Of a stretch of DNA of 64,000 nucleotides, positions 18,954 to 28,479 are shown piece after piece (positions within the stretch are counted from its first letter, which is position 1; the number at the start of each line of letters is the position of its first letter). Below the pieces are notes generated by a model. It had not been told where the DNA came from and did not search any database. It worked only from the letters and a program-made list of their open reading frames with translations. The translations under genes and the position numbers were made by a program. The DNA comes from Clostridia bacterium (GTDB lineage Bacteria > Bacillota > Clostridia > Oscillospirales > CAG-272): the NCBI GenBank assembly GCA_017399145.1, contig JAFQEG010000011.1, forward strand, positions 7,306 to 71,305. The letters run 5' to 3'.

Positions 18954-19339
18954 AAATTAGCGGATTTATTATTCATTATAAATATAATACTGCAAGATTA
19001 ATTAAACGAATTAATAGCGTATGTGATAAATACGAAATAAAGTTGGAGCAGATACAAAAAGAGGATTATAGTTGGAAAATTGATAACTTTCAAAAATCAC
19101 ATATAGATTTTAGTTGTGAAAAAGAAAAAATAGAACGCACTGTTTTATTGAAAATTTTTAATGAAATCATGCTCAAAGAACCATCCGAAATAGAAATAGA
19201 TGAACAATTTTTAAATTTGGAGTATTTTACCACAGCAGAACAATTTGGCTCTACAAAAGATAATGAGCAATTTGGAATATTTTTGACAGAGATTGATAAC
19301 GTGGAGACAGGTGACGGTTCCTCGTCTCCAAATGAATGA
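18950..19339 (+). CDS. Probable cognate immunity protein
   Basis: Small AT-rich ORF overlapping the toxin stop by 4 nt (ATGA). Confidence 0.65.
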   Translation: MKISGFIIHYKYNTARLIKRINSVCDKYEIKLEQIQKEDYSWKIDNFQKSHIDFSCEKEKIERTVLLKIFNEIMLKEPSEIEIDEQFLNLEYFTTAEQFGSTKDNEQFGIFLTEIDNVETGDGSSSPNE

Positions 19340-19617
19340 CATTTAATTAACTCAAAAAAGGGACAAGGGTGCCTTTTGGCACCCAGTGTCTTCACAAAAG
19401 GTATGTCGATAATGGAGACAGGGGACGGTGGCGTGTCTTGACAAAACGTAAGACAGGGGACGGTTCCTCGTCTCCAAAGGATTGACAAATAATTAACTAA
19501 AAAGGGACAAGGGTGCCTTTTGGCACCCAACGTCTCGACAAGCGACGGTGAAGTGAACCCCATTTAGTTTACAAAAAATAAAAAGACAGTGGAGACAGGG
19601 ACACTTCCTTGTCTCCA
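19302..19617. repeat. Cluster of two interleaved REP-like palindromes
   Basis: 4x GGAGACAGGGGACGGTTCCTCGTCTCCA-like (19302, 19413, 19451, 19590) and 2x AATTAACT..AAAAGGGACAAGGGTGCCTTTTGGCACCCA (19345, 19491). Confidence 0.8.
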
Positions 19618-19739
19618 TAATTTTTGTTTGGGATTGGGGCTTTACTTCGCAGGGGTTGAATTTTCACAGGAAGTACACTCTTGAAAATTAAATATTATTA
19701 TGCTATACTGTTTTCAAAGAGTTAGTTCAAAAGGAGCAT

Positions 19740-21911
19740 TTGATGAAAAAAATACTACTTTTATTATTTATATTACTTGCACTTTGTCTTGCTTTGATAT
19801 CCTGTGATTGTGAGCATAGCTTTGCCTCTGCTAACTGTCAAGCACCGAAAACCTGCACAAGCTGTGGGGCGACAGAGGGGGAAATTGGCACACACCTGTG
19901 GGAAAACAGCACGTGCGAGAGCTTAGGAAGTTGCAAAATATGTGGTGTAACCGAGGAAAGGGACCTTGGGCATCAATGGTCGTCTCAGGTTTGCACCTTG
20001 AATAAAATATGTAGAGTGTGCCAAAAGACAGAAAAGGGTCGTGACCATAGCTGGGACACAAAGGAGTGTCTTAAAACTCCAACCTGCCAAGAGTGTGGCG
20101 CTGTTGGAAATGAGATTTCTCACAATTGGATAGAGGCAAGCTGTATTTATCCTAAGCATTGTAGAGGCTGTGGCGAAATATTAGGCGAGGCACTAGGTCA
20201 CGATTGGATTGTAAGCACCTGTAAGGAGCCAAAGGAATGCGGAAGATGTGGTCAGTCAACTACCGAGGATTTGCCTCATCAATGGACATTCATGGGCTGT
20301 GATGCGGAAAGAATTTGCACCGTTTGCGAAAATGGAGAGGGCTTTACATATGGGCATCGTTGGTCAAAGGCAACCTGCACAAGTCCTAGAGAATGTGAAA
20401 ATTGCGATGAATCAAGAGGTAGCGCCCTAGGTCACGATTATGAGCTAGTTTTGAAAATAGAGCCAATATGCGAGGACGGAAAAGAGGTATATTCCTGTAA
20501 AAGATGTAAGGGAAGGACAGCATATAGTGGAGATAAAGCCCAATACGGCTACCATATTTGCAATACAGACGGTCTTTGTATTCAATGTAACAAGCAGTTT
20601 GATTTAGAGGAGATTGTGCTTGACTCTGTCCTTCTTACAAAGGAGCATTCCGTTAATTACTGTGGCTTGTTTAAGAGTGAAAATACCTCTGTAAATATAT
20701 ATAAGCCTATAACCTATGAGGACGTGGGTATGCCTGTTATTGACATAGGTGGTAGCCTACCAACTGCAAAGGGCTATGTAAATACGGTTAACTTTACTTA
20801 TGAGTCCGATGGGCTTAGCTTTGATTGTATAGCTGAGATAAAGGTACAGGGTGCCTCAAGTGCAGGTAAGCCTAAGAAGAACTTTAATATAAAGCTATTT
20901 AAAGAGGACGGAAGTAAAAACAAGGTTAAGCTTGTAGATAGCTGGGGCAAGGAAAACAAATACTGTATGAAGGCTAACTACATTGATTATTCCCAAGCAA
21001 GAAACGTAGTATCGGCTAAAATCTTTGGAGAAATTGTAAGGTCTAGAAATGATGAATTAGCGGATACACCAAATGGTGGCGCAATTGATGGATTTCCAAT
21101 CTTAGTTTACAATAATGGTGTATATCAAGGACTTTATACAATGAATATTCCAAAGGACAAGTGGATGTTTGATATGCACGATAGCGACGAAAAGAATCAA
21201 GCTATATTTATGACTGAAACCTGGAATCAGGCTGTTTCCTTTAGAGAAATTTCAACAAGTGGCTTTGTCCTTGAATACGCATCAAACGAGGATAGCCTAG
21301 TTGATAATAGCACACAATGGGCATACGATAGCATTCGTGACCTAATTGAGTTTGTTTATAAAAACGACGGTGAGGATTTTAAAAACGGTATTCATCAATA
21401 TGCCGACATTGACAAGTGCATTGATTCAATGATATATACCTTCTTTATTTGTGCCGACGATAACACAAGTAAAAACATACTTTGGGTAACTCTTGATGGC
21501 AAGGTGTGGTTTAGTAGCATGTACGATATGGACGGCACCTGGGGTATGAGATGGAACGGAAATATTGAATTCAACGAAAATACTCATCCAATATCTGCCC
21601 TTATTGATGGAAAGGGCTTAGCACCAGAGAGAAACCATTCTAATCTAAATCTTTTGTGGGAAAGAATTTACGTAAACTATTTTGACAGAGTTTGTCAAAG
21701 ATATTACGAGCTAAGACAAGAAATTCTTACCTATGAAAACATCTCCCAAACCTTTGAGGCGTTCTTTGATGCAATTCCTGACGTTGTGCGTGAGGCAGAG
21801 AAGAAAAAGTGGACAGGTGTGCCAACGCAGAATATAAATCATTTGAATCAAATTCTAACCTTTGCAGAAAAAAGACTTGAGGTTATGGACAAAATTTTAC
21901 TTACTGATTAA
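19740..21911 (+). CDS. CotH kinase family lipoprotein with N-terminal Cys/His-rich repeats
   Basis: LISC lipobox; approx. 25-aa H-x-W..C..CxxC repeats; IKVQGASS..PKKNFNIKL, KANYIDYSQARN, YQGLYTM, KN, YDMDGTWG CotH motifs. Confidence 0.85.
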   Translation: MMKKILLLLFILLALCLALISCDCEHSFASANCQAPKTCTSCGATEGEIGTHLWENSTCESLGSCKICGVTEERDLGHQWSSQVCTLNKICRVCQKTEKGRDHSWDTKECLKTPTCQECGAVGNEISHNWIEASCIYPKHCRGCGEILGEALGHDWIVSTCKEPKECGRCGQSTTEDLPHQWTFMGCDAERICTVCENGEGFTYGHRWSKATCTSPRECENCDESRGSALGHDYELVLKIEPICEDGKEVYSCKRCKGRTAYSGDKAQYGYHICNTDGLCIQCNKQFDLEEIVLDSVLLTKEHSVNYCGLFKSENTSVNIYKPITYEDVGMPVIDIGGSLPTAKGYVNTVNFTYESDGLSFDCIAEIKVQGASSAGKPKKNFNIKLFKEDGSKNKVKLVDSWGKENKYCMKANYIDYSQARNVVSAKIFGEIVRSRNDELADTPNGGAIDGFPILVYNNGVYQGLYTMNIPKDKWMFDMHDSDEKNQAIFMTETWNQAVSFREISTSGFVLEYASNEDSLVDNSTQWAYDSIRDLIEFVYKNDGEDFKNGIHQYADIDKCIDSMIYTFFICADDNTSKNILWVTLDGKVWFSSMYDMDGTWGMRWNGNIEFNENTHPISALIDGKGLAPERNHSNLNLLWERIYVNYFDRVCQRYYELRQEILTYENISQTFEAFFDAIPDVVREAEKKKWTGVPTQNINHLNQILTFAEKRLEVMDKILLTD

Positions 21912-21913
21912 AG

Positions 21914-21948
21914 AAAAAAGCAAATCGCTAAAAACGATTTGCTTTTTC
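21914..21948 (+). terminator. Intrinsic terminator
   Basis: AAAAAGCAAATCG..CGATTTGCTTTTT. Confidence 0.8.
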
Positions 21949-21977
21949 TTGACTTGTTGGAATATAAATGATAAAAT
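21949..21977 (+). promoter_or_regulatory. Sigma-A promoter of the first LRR gene
   Basis: TTGACT-N17-TAAAAT with extended -10 TG. Confidence 0.7.
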
Positions 21978-22007
21978 AATAGTAATAACTCTAAGGGGGG
22001 TAAGAAA

Positions 22008-22943
22008 ATGGGAGATACAAGGAATGGTAACCAAAAGGAAAATATAGAAGAACTAATCGACTATTTGATATCAGAGCATAGAGATGAATTTGAGATTGAG
22101 CTTTCAGAAAAGCTAAGGGGATTTGAGGCACAGCTTCGAGGTGAATTTAATCGCAGATTGGAGCTTATTAGGAAGGATCTTTCCGAAACCCTAAAGACAC
22201 GAATTGAGCATATCAATAGAAATAGTCAGGTGATTGACACAAGGTCAGCTGATGCACGACCAGTTGTTGAGTGCGACTATTTAACCTATAAGGAATCAAC
22301 AGCGGGTCTTGTTATAACAGGCTTAAATGAAAAAGATTCAGATAAGGCTGACATTTACATTCCTTCTACTATTAATGGAAAAAAGGTTGTTGAGGTTGGC
22401 GCAGATGCCTTTTCAAAGAATTCTGCCATTGAAAAGGTTGTGATTGAAGACGGAATTGAGAAGGTGGGCGACCGTGCATTTTATGGTTGTGCAAGGTTGA
22501 AGGAAGTGGTTTTCCCCGATAGTGTAACTAAATTAGGCAGAGAGGCTATGTACACCTGTAAGAATCTTGAAAGGGTTAGACTGTCTAAGAAATTAACTGC
22601 TTTGGAATATGGCATTTTGTATCAAACGGCGATAAAAAGCATTGAATTGCCAGAGGGCTTGCGAGAAATTGGCACTCTTGCATTATGTGGCTGTTACAAT
22701 CTAAGACAGGTGAATATTCCTAAGACTGTAACCACCATAAAAATGTACGCATTTCATTATTGCTTTAACAAAAAGGATGCGGTAGGTGAGATTTACATTC
22801 CTGATAGCGTTGAAAAGATGGAAGCAAAAATTTTTGATGGTTGCGTAAATCTAACAATAAATTGTGAGGCTAAGCGCAAGCCTGCCGGTTGGGATTCAGC
22901 TTGGAATCCTATAAATCGTCCTGTTAATTGGGGTGTAAAATAG
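22008..22943 (+). CDS. BspA-type leucine-rich repeat (LRR_5) protein with N-terminal coiled coil
   Basis: IP..V..IG..AF..C repeats; C-cap NCEAKRKPAGWDSAW..VNWG; no signal peptide. Confidence 0.88.
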   Translation: MGDTRNGNQKENIEELIDYLISEHRDEFEIELSEKLRGFEAQLRGEFNRRLELIRKDLSETLKTRIEHINRNSQVIDTRSADARPVVECDYLTYKESTAGLVITGLNEKDSDKADIYIPSTINGKKVVEVGADAFSKNSAIEKVVIEDGIEKVGDRAFYGCARLKEVVFPDSVTKLGREAMYTCKNLERVRLSKKLTALEYGILYQTAIKSIELPEGLREIGTLALCGCYNLRQVNIPKTVTTIKMYAFHYCFNKKDAVGEIYIPDSVEKMEAKIFDGCVNLTINCEAKRKPAGWDSAWNPINRPVNWGVK

Positions 22944-22946
22944 TAC

Positions 22947-23003
22947 AAAAAAGCAGACGAGTGTCTGCTTTTTATTGACTTTGTGCCTTAAGGGTGATAA
23001 AAT
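22947..23003 (+). promoter_or_regulatory. Terminator followed directly by a sigma-A promoter
   Basis: AAAAAAGCAGAC-GAGT-GTCTGCTTTTT then TTGACT(22975)-N17-TAAAAT with TG. Confidence 0.7.
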
Positions 23004-23028
23004 TAAATTATAAGGGGGTGCTTCATTT

Positions 23029-23955
23029 ATGAAAATTGAAAACGGTTGTCTTGTCTTAGAGGGAGAAACGGTTATATCTAGTCAATTTAAGGGCTGTGAG
23101 GATTTGACAGAGGTAGTCGTTTGCGACTACGTAAAGAGAATAGAGGAAAACGCCTTTTCAGGGTGCACAAATTTAAAAAGAGTAGTATTACCAAAGGGGC
23201 TTGAGTACATTGGTGACAACGCCTTTTGCTGTTGCGAAAAAATTGAAGAAATTGAAGTGCCTGACACGGTAAAGTATATCGGAGTGGGAGCCTTTTCAGG
23301 GTGCGAGGAATTGAAATATTTAATCTTGCCACCGTATATTGAAAAAATACCCGATAATCTTTGTAGCTATTGCTTTAATCTTATAGGAATAACTGTTCCA
23401 AATGGGGTTCGTGAAATTGGGAAGAGAGCATTTTCTGCTTGTTGGGAAATGGAAAGGGCAGAATTGCCACAGGGTCTTGAAAAAATAGATGACCAAGCCT
23501 TTTTCGGTTGCAGAGTGTTAAAGGAAATTTCCTTACCTGAATCACTTACAAAAATAGGCGGTGGAGCATTTGAGGACTGTTATGAGCTGAAAAGCATTAA
23601 AATACCGGTGGGTGTTCAGGTGTTAGAGGAAAGTATCTTTGCAGGGTGCTATGAGCTTGGGGTGGTGACTCTTCAAGAGGGCTTAGAGGAAATTGGCAGA
23701 AATGTATTTTCTACTTGTCGAAAGCTCTATGATATTCGCTTGCCAAGGACACTTACGAAAATTGACGATTATGCCTTTGAATATTGTCAGGGGCTAAAGG
23801 AAATTTTTATACCCTCAGGTGTGAAGCATATGGGCTTTTGCGTATTTTGGGAAAGCCACATAGACGTATATTGCGAAGTAGAGGAAGAGCCTAAGGGCTG
23901 GAGCGAGGGCTGGGCTTGCTCTCTTGACACATGTAGATGGGGAAATAAGGAATAG
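23029..23955 (+). CDS. BspA-type LRR_5 protein
   Basis: About 10 LPxxLxxIGxxAFxxC repeats; C-cap VYCEVEEEPKGWSEGW..RWG. Confidence 0.9.
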   Translation: MKIENGCLVLEGETVISSQFKGCEDLTEVVVCDYVKRIEENAFSGCTNLKRVVLPKGLEYIGDNAFCCCEKIEEIEVPDTVKYIGVGAFSGCEELKYLILPPYIEKIPDNLCSYCFNLIGITVPNGVREIGKRAFSACWEMERAELPQGLEKIDDQAFFGCRVLKEISLPESLTKIGGGAFEDCYELKSIKIPVGVQVLEESIFAGCYELGVVTLQEGLEEIGRNVFSTCRKLYDIRLPRTLTKIDDYAFEYCQGLKEIFIPSGVKHMGFCVFWESHIDVYCEVEEEPKGWSEGWACSLDTCRWGNKE

Positions 23956-23956
23956 T

Positions 23957-25459
23957 ATGGAAAAAATAATTATTGATGGCTTTGAATGTACCTACACAGA
24001 AAAAACAGTAGAGGGTGTGTCTGTTTTGTCTATTGTTGACCCTGAGGGCACAAGGGAAAGACTTGATATACCAAGAGAAATAAATGGTAGTTTTGTGGTT
24101 GAAATTAAGGCAGGGGCAATTGCCGGCGGGAAGCTAAAGAAAATATTTATACCAAATACCATTGAGGAAATTGAGGACTATGCATTTTCTAAATGCACAG
24201 ACGTTGAGGAATACATAGTCGAGGAAAATAGTCAGTATTTTGAATGCCTTGATGGGGATTTGTACGAAAAGGATTTAGTCAAGCTAATAAGGGTGGCAAG
24301 GCACAAGGACACAAAGGAATTTTTTGTGCCTTTCGAGGTAGAGGAAATAGGACCCTGTGCATTTTCTAACACTAGCTACGAGCATATTTTTGCAGGGGAG
24401 AGTGTTAAGAAAATAGGCAAGGGTGCATTTTCCTATTGCGAAAGCCTTTCCACCGTTGAAATATGCGACTTAACCGAGGAAATTGGCGAAAAAGCCTTTG
24501 TAGGGTCAAGAAGGCTAAAGAAAATAGGGGTAGGCAAAAACAACCCTTGCTTTATGGACTCTGACGGTGTTTTATATACAAGGGACCAAAGGCAAATTCT
24601 TTGCTTTCCTGCGGGCTTAAAGGAAATAAAATTGCCAACAGCTGTTGAGAAGATAGGTGACTACGCATTTTTCTGTGCCCTTGGACTTAAGAAAATTTCC
24701 TTGCCTAAGAGTGTTAAGCATATAGGAAAAAGTAGCTTTGAGTCCTGCCGAAATCTTTGTGAGATTGAGATAAAGGGAAGAATTGATTACGTAGGCAAAA
24801 GTGCCTTTATTGATTGTAGGAAATTAAAAAAGCTAGAATTTTTAAAGGGCGAAATGGTAATTGAGGAAAAGGCGTTTAAGGATTGCGAGTGCCTTGAGGA
24901 AATTGTCTTGCCCGAGGGCTTGTGCAAAATTAGTGACAGTATGCTTCAGGACTGCCGTGTACTTAATAAGGTTACATTGCCTACAACTCTTGTAGAAATT
25001 GGCGCTTACGCATTAGGTGGTTGTTACAAGCTTGAGTCAATTGACTTGCCTAAGGACTTGATAAAAATTGGCGAGGGTGCCTTTGGCTTTACAGGACTTA
25101 CCGAGGTAACAATTCCTAAGGGAATTAAGGTGATTGAAAAGAGTACCTTTTCTGTATGCCACGCATTAAAGAAGGTTACCTTGCCTAGTGGTATTGAGAA
25201 TATTGATGATGCCGGATTTATTTGTAGTGGACTTGAGGAAATCGAATTGCCAGAGGGACTTTTAAGGATTGGTGGGCTTGCATTTTTTGATTGTGCACAG
25301 CTTAAGTCAGTTAAAATACCTAAGGGAGTGGCTGAAATTAAGAATGGCGCATTCCAAGCCTGTAACAAGGACCTAGTAATTTATTGTAACGAAAAGGAAA
25401 AGCCACAAGAGTGGGGACCACAATGGTGTGGTGATTGTAAAATAGTATTTGAGGAGTAG
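23957..25459 (+). CDS. BspA-type LRR_5 protein
   Basis: LRR_5 repeats with NPCF.DSDGVLY inserts; C-cap IYCNEKEKPQEWGPQW; ATG 23957 after AAGG. Confidence 0.9.
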   Translation: MEKIIIDGFECTYTEKTVEGVSVLSIVDPEGTRERLDIPREINGSFVVEIKAGAIAGGKLKKIFIPNTIEEIEDYAFSKCTDVEEYIVEENSQYFECLDGDLYEKDLVKLIRVARHKDTKEFFVPFEVEEIGPCAFSNTSYEHIFAGESVKKIGKGAFSYCESLSTVEICDLTEEIGEKAFVGSRRLKKIGVGKNNPCFMDSDGVLYTRDQRQILCFPAGLKEIKLPTAVEKIGDYAFFCALGLKKISLPKSVKHIGKSSFESCRNLCEIEIKGRIDYVGKSAFIDCRKLKKLEFLKGEMVIEEKAFKDCECLEEIVLPEGLCKISDSMLQDCRVLNKVTLPTTLVEIGAYALGGCYKLESIDLPKDLIKIGEGAFGFTGLTEVTIPKGIKVIEKSTFSVCHALKKVTLPSGIENIDDAGFICSGLEEIELPEGLLRIGGLAFFDCAQLKSVKIPKGVAEIKNGAFQACNKDLVIYCNEKEKPQEWGPQWCGDCKIVFEE

Positions 25460-25462
25460 AAA

Positions 25463-26182
25463 ATGGATAACGAAAGACTTGAAAAGATTAGTGAGAAAAT
25501 TGATGTGCTTCAAAGGGAATTTGAAGAAAGGCTAGCGGACTTAAGGAATGAGCTTGCATCGGCTCTTAAGGACGAGGAGACAAGGTATCAAGCGCCTATC
25601 GAGGGAACCTCTTGCAAGGGCGAATACGTAATGTCTCTTGAGGACAATATATATGATTTTCGTAAAATATCAAGGGGTGTTGTTATAGCCGGATTTAATA
25701 CTAAATTTGAGGGTGGCGACATTGTGATACCTACAAAAATTGGTGAATATCCAGTAGTTGAGGTACAGGAAGACGCCTTTAAGGGTTGTGACAATATAAC
25801 TGGTGTTAAAATTGCAAATGGTATAACTGTTATAAGAGAAAAATCCTTTGCCTATAGTAACTACATAAAGACCTTGGAAATTCCAGAAACAGTAACAGTA
25901 ATTGAGGATAATGCCTTTGCCGGCTGTAATAGCCTTATAGAGGTTACCTTGCCAGGTAGCATTAAGTCCATTGGAGAAAAGGCATTTTATCACTGTGAAA
26001 GCCTAGCAAGTGTTTATATTCCAAAAAGCGTTGAGAGTATTGGAAAAAATGCGTTCTATATGGATAATGAGCTTAAGGTGTATTGTGAAGCTGAAAGCAA
26101 GCCAGAGGGCTGGGACGAAAATTGGCTCGGCACAGGACTAACTCCAGAAAAGAAGCGCAAAAAAGCAGTTTGGGGAATGTAA
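25463..26182 (+). CDS. BspA-type LRR_5 protein with N-terminal coiled coil
   Basis: N-terminal heptads, IVIPTKIGEYPVVEV N-cap, C-cap VYCEAESKPEGWDENW..VWGM. Confidence 0.88.
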   Translation: MDNERLEKISEKIDVLQREFEERLADLRNELASALKDEETRYQAPIEGTSCKGEYVMSLEDNIYDFRKISRGVVIAGFNTKFEGGDIVIPTKIGEYPVVEVQEDAFKGCDNITGVKIANGITVIREKSFAYSNYIKTLEIPETVTVIEDNAFAGCNSLIEVTLPGSIKSIGEKAFYHCESLASVYIPKSVESIGKNAFYMDNELKVYCEAESKPEGWDENWLGTGLTPEKKRKKAVWGM

Positions 26183-26195
26183 GGGGGAGATTAAA

Positions 26196-26774
26196 ATGAC
26201 ATACGATACTAAGGATAGCGAAGGACTATCAACAAAACAAAACGAGGGTGTGGCTGACATAATTAAAAAAATTGACAAGCTAGAGGGAGAGCTAATTGCC
26301 ATTATTAAAGAAAAAACTGCAACCTTAAAAAAGCAGATTGTGGAAGGTGGCATATCCGTGGCAACAGTTACACTTGATGAGGAAGAGAATATTTTTGATA
26401 TTCTTGAGGTGTCAAAGGGTGTTGTTATCTTAGGATTAATTGATAAGCAAAAGGGAATCAAAAGCCTTGTGATTCCAGAAAAAATAAGAAATAAAAAGGT
26501 GATTAGAATAGAAGACAATGCTTTTGCAGGCAATAGAAGCATAGAAAGAGTTGAATTGCCAGCTTGTCTTGAAGCAATAGGTGAAAAGTCATTTTATGGC
26601 TGTGCACAGTTAAAGCACGTGTTAATACCTAAGAGTGTTTTGCAAATAGGTTGGGCAGCCTTTACCTCGATTTCTAGTGATGCGAGAATTTATTGCGAGA
26701 CAGAAAAAAGACCACAGGGTTGGAAAAGTGATTGGTATGATTGGGCAAGCGAAAGAGTTCGTTGGGGAATGTAA
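26196..26774 (+). CDS. Short BspA-type LRR_5 protein with N-terminal coiled coil
   Basis: LVIPEKIRNKKVIRI N-cap, 2-3 repeats, C-cap IYCETEKRPQGWKSDW..VRWGM. Confidence 0.85.
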   Translation: MTYDTKDSEGLSTKQNEGVADIIKKIDKLEGELIAIIKEKTATLKKQIVEGGISVATVTLDEEENIFDILEVSKGVVILGLIDKQKGIKSLVIPEKIRNKKVIRIEDNAFAGNRSIERVELPACLEAIGEKSFYGCAQLKHVLIPKSVLQIGWAAFTSISSDARIYCETEKRPQGWKSDWYDWASERVRWGM

Positions 26775-26775
26775 T

Positions 26776-26806
26776 AAAAAAAGAAGGCGATTTGCCTTCT
26801 TTTTTT
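26776..26806. terminator. Bidirectional intrinsic terminator
   Basis: AAAAAAAGAAGGC-GATTT-GCCTTCTTTTTTT. Confidence 0.85.
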
Positions 26807-27797
26807 ATTGGTTATTTAAAAATTCTGTAAGGATTCGGTTTATTTCCTCAAGGGTGGTGGCAGAATTGATTTGTGCACGGGCACTTGCGGAGCCGACAGC
26901 ACCCTTTAGGTACCAAGCGATTTGCTTACGAGCTTCGCATATTGCAATTCTTTCACCCTTTTCCTCAACCATTAAGGAAACCTGTGCAAGGGCAACCTTA
27001 ACTCTTTGTTGAATTGTTGGGGGAGTGTAGCTTTTTCCACTTAAGAGACACTTTATTTCCTCAAAAATAAAGGGGTTACCCATAGCGCCACGACCTACCA
27101 TTACACTATCTGCCCCCGTTTGGTTTATCATATCTATTGCGTCCTTGCCACAAAAGATATCGCCATTTCCAATAACGGGGATTGAAACTGCGTCCTTAAC
27201 TGCCTTTATGTAGGACCAATCTGCGCTTGGCTCGTACATTTGCGCTTTTGTCCTTCCGTGGACTGCAATTGCAGAGGCACCACAGCCCTCGGCTATTTTG
27301 GCAATTTCAACACAGTTGATTTTATCCTTGTCCCAGCCTGCACGGATTTTTACTGTAACAGGCAAGGCAGAGCTTTTAACACAGGCGGTTATTATTTCCT
27401 TAACTAGCTGTGGGTTATTCATTAAGGCACTTCCGTCGCCGGCAGAAACGATTTTCTTCACGGGACAGCCCATATTTATATCAATATAAGAGGGAAGTGG
27501 CTCTAAAAAGCCACGAGGAGTGTCGATATTTTCCGGATTGTAAAGACCTCTTGACAAAAGGTAGGCGCTTTGCGCCATAGAGCTTGGCTCGTGACCAAAG
27601 ATTTGTATGCCATAGGGCACGTCGTCCTCTTTTGTGTATATAAGAGTTGCAGTTTTCTTGTCGTTAAACTCCATAGCACGGGCACTTACCATTTCCGAAA
27701 CCGTAAGGTCGGCACCATAGTGCCTTGCTATTTTCCTAAAGGGGTAATCCGTAACTCCTGCCATAGGAGCCAAAATTATTTTGTTTTTAAAGTCCAT
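26805..27797 (-). CDS. dusB: tRNA-dihydrouridine synthase B
   Basis: LAPMAGVTD, IDINMGCP, PVTVKIRAGW, VHGRT, GNGDI, VMVGRGAMGNP. Confidence 0.95.
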   Translation of the reverse strand: MDFKNKIILAPMAGVTDYPFRKIARHYGADLTVSEMVSARAMEFNDKKTATLIYTKEDDVPYGIQIFGHEPSSMAQSAYLLSRGLYNPENIDTPRGFLEPLPSYIDINMGCPVKKIVSAGDGSALMNNPQLVKEIITACVKSSALPVTVKIRAGWDKDKINCVEIAKIAEGCGASAIAVHGRTKAQMYEPSADWSYIKAVKDAVSIPVIGNGDIFCGKDAIDMINQTGADSVMVGRGAMGNPFIFEEIKCLLSGKSYTPPTIQQRVKVALAQVSLMVEEKGERIAICEARKQIAWYLKGAVGSASARAQINSATTLEEINRILTEFLNNQ

Positions 27798-27876
27798 TTT
27801 TGACTCCTTTCGGTGTTGATTTTTTCACTGTAATGTGGTACAATATTAGTAGCAAATATAGAAAGGGGAAAGTGCT

Positions 27877-28479
27877 ATGTTAGAAAACAAGCTCGGAATA
27901 ACAAGCTCGGCTGAATTAGCTATTGAAGAAGAGAAAATAAGCAAAAGAAAAGCTAAGCTTATGTTTGAAAATGGATACCTAGACAGCCTTGAGGCAGGTA
28001 CCTTTTCCTCTCTTGCAAAAATCCACAAATATCTTTTTGAGGACGTTTATGAATTTGCAGGGAAAATTCGTACAGTAAACATAGCTAAGGGTAACTTTAG
28101 ATTTGCCCCCCTTATGTATTTACAGGTGTCGCTTGATAATATCGATAAGATGCCACAGGACAGCTTCGAGCAAATAGTTGAAAAATATGTGGAAATGAAT
28201 ATTGCCCATCCATTCCGTGAGGGGAATGGCAGAAGCACAAGAATTTGGCTTGATTTGATGCTTAAAAAATCAATTGGAAAGGTTGTAGATTGGAGCAAAA
28301 TTGACAAAGAGGATTATCTTTTGGCAATGGAGCGCAGTCCCATTCGAGATATTGAAATTAAGCACGTTTTGAAAAATGCCCTCGTTGATGACACGGGCAA
28401 CAGAGATGTGTATATGAAGGGTATTGATACAAGCTATTATTATGAGGGCTATACCTCATATAAAACCGAAGACGTATAA
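27877..28479 (+). CDS. Class III Fic-domain AMPylase (NmFic-like)
   Basis: HPFREGNGRSTR active site and C-terminal autoinhibitory SYYYEG motif. Confidence 0.92.
   Translation: MLENKLGITSSAELAIEEEKISKRKAKLMFENGYLDSLEAGTFSSLAKIHKYLFEDVYEFAGKIRTVNIAKGNFRFAPLMYLQVSLDNIDKMPQDSFEQIVEKYVEMNIAHPFREGNGRSTRIWLDLMLKKSIGKVVDWSKIDKEDYLLAMERSPIRDIEIKHVLKNALVDDTGNRDVYMKGIDTSYYYEGYTSYKTEDV

Noticed and set aside
19090-19563. 157-aa minus-strand ORF
   Set aside because: It is a translation of the REP-like repeats (TLGAKRHPCPF twice) plus the antisense of the immunity gene
22008-26774. Diversity-generating retroelement acting on the LRR C-termini
   Set aside because: No reverse transcriptase in the window and no near-identical template/variable repeat pair differing only at adenines
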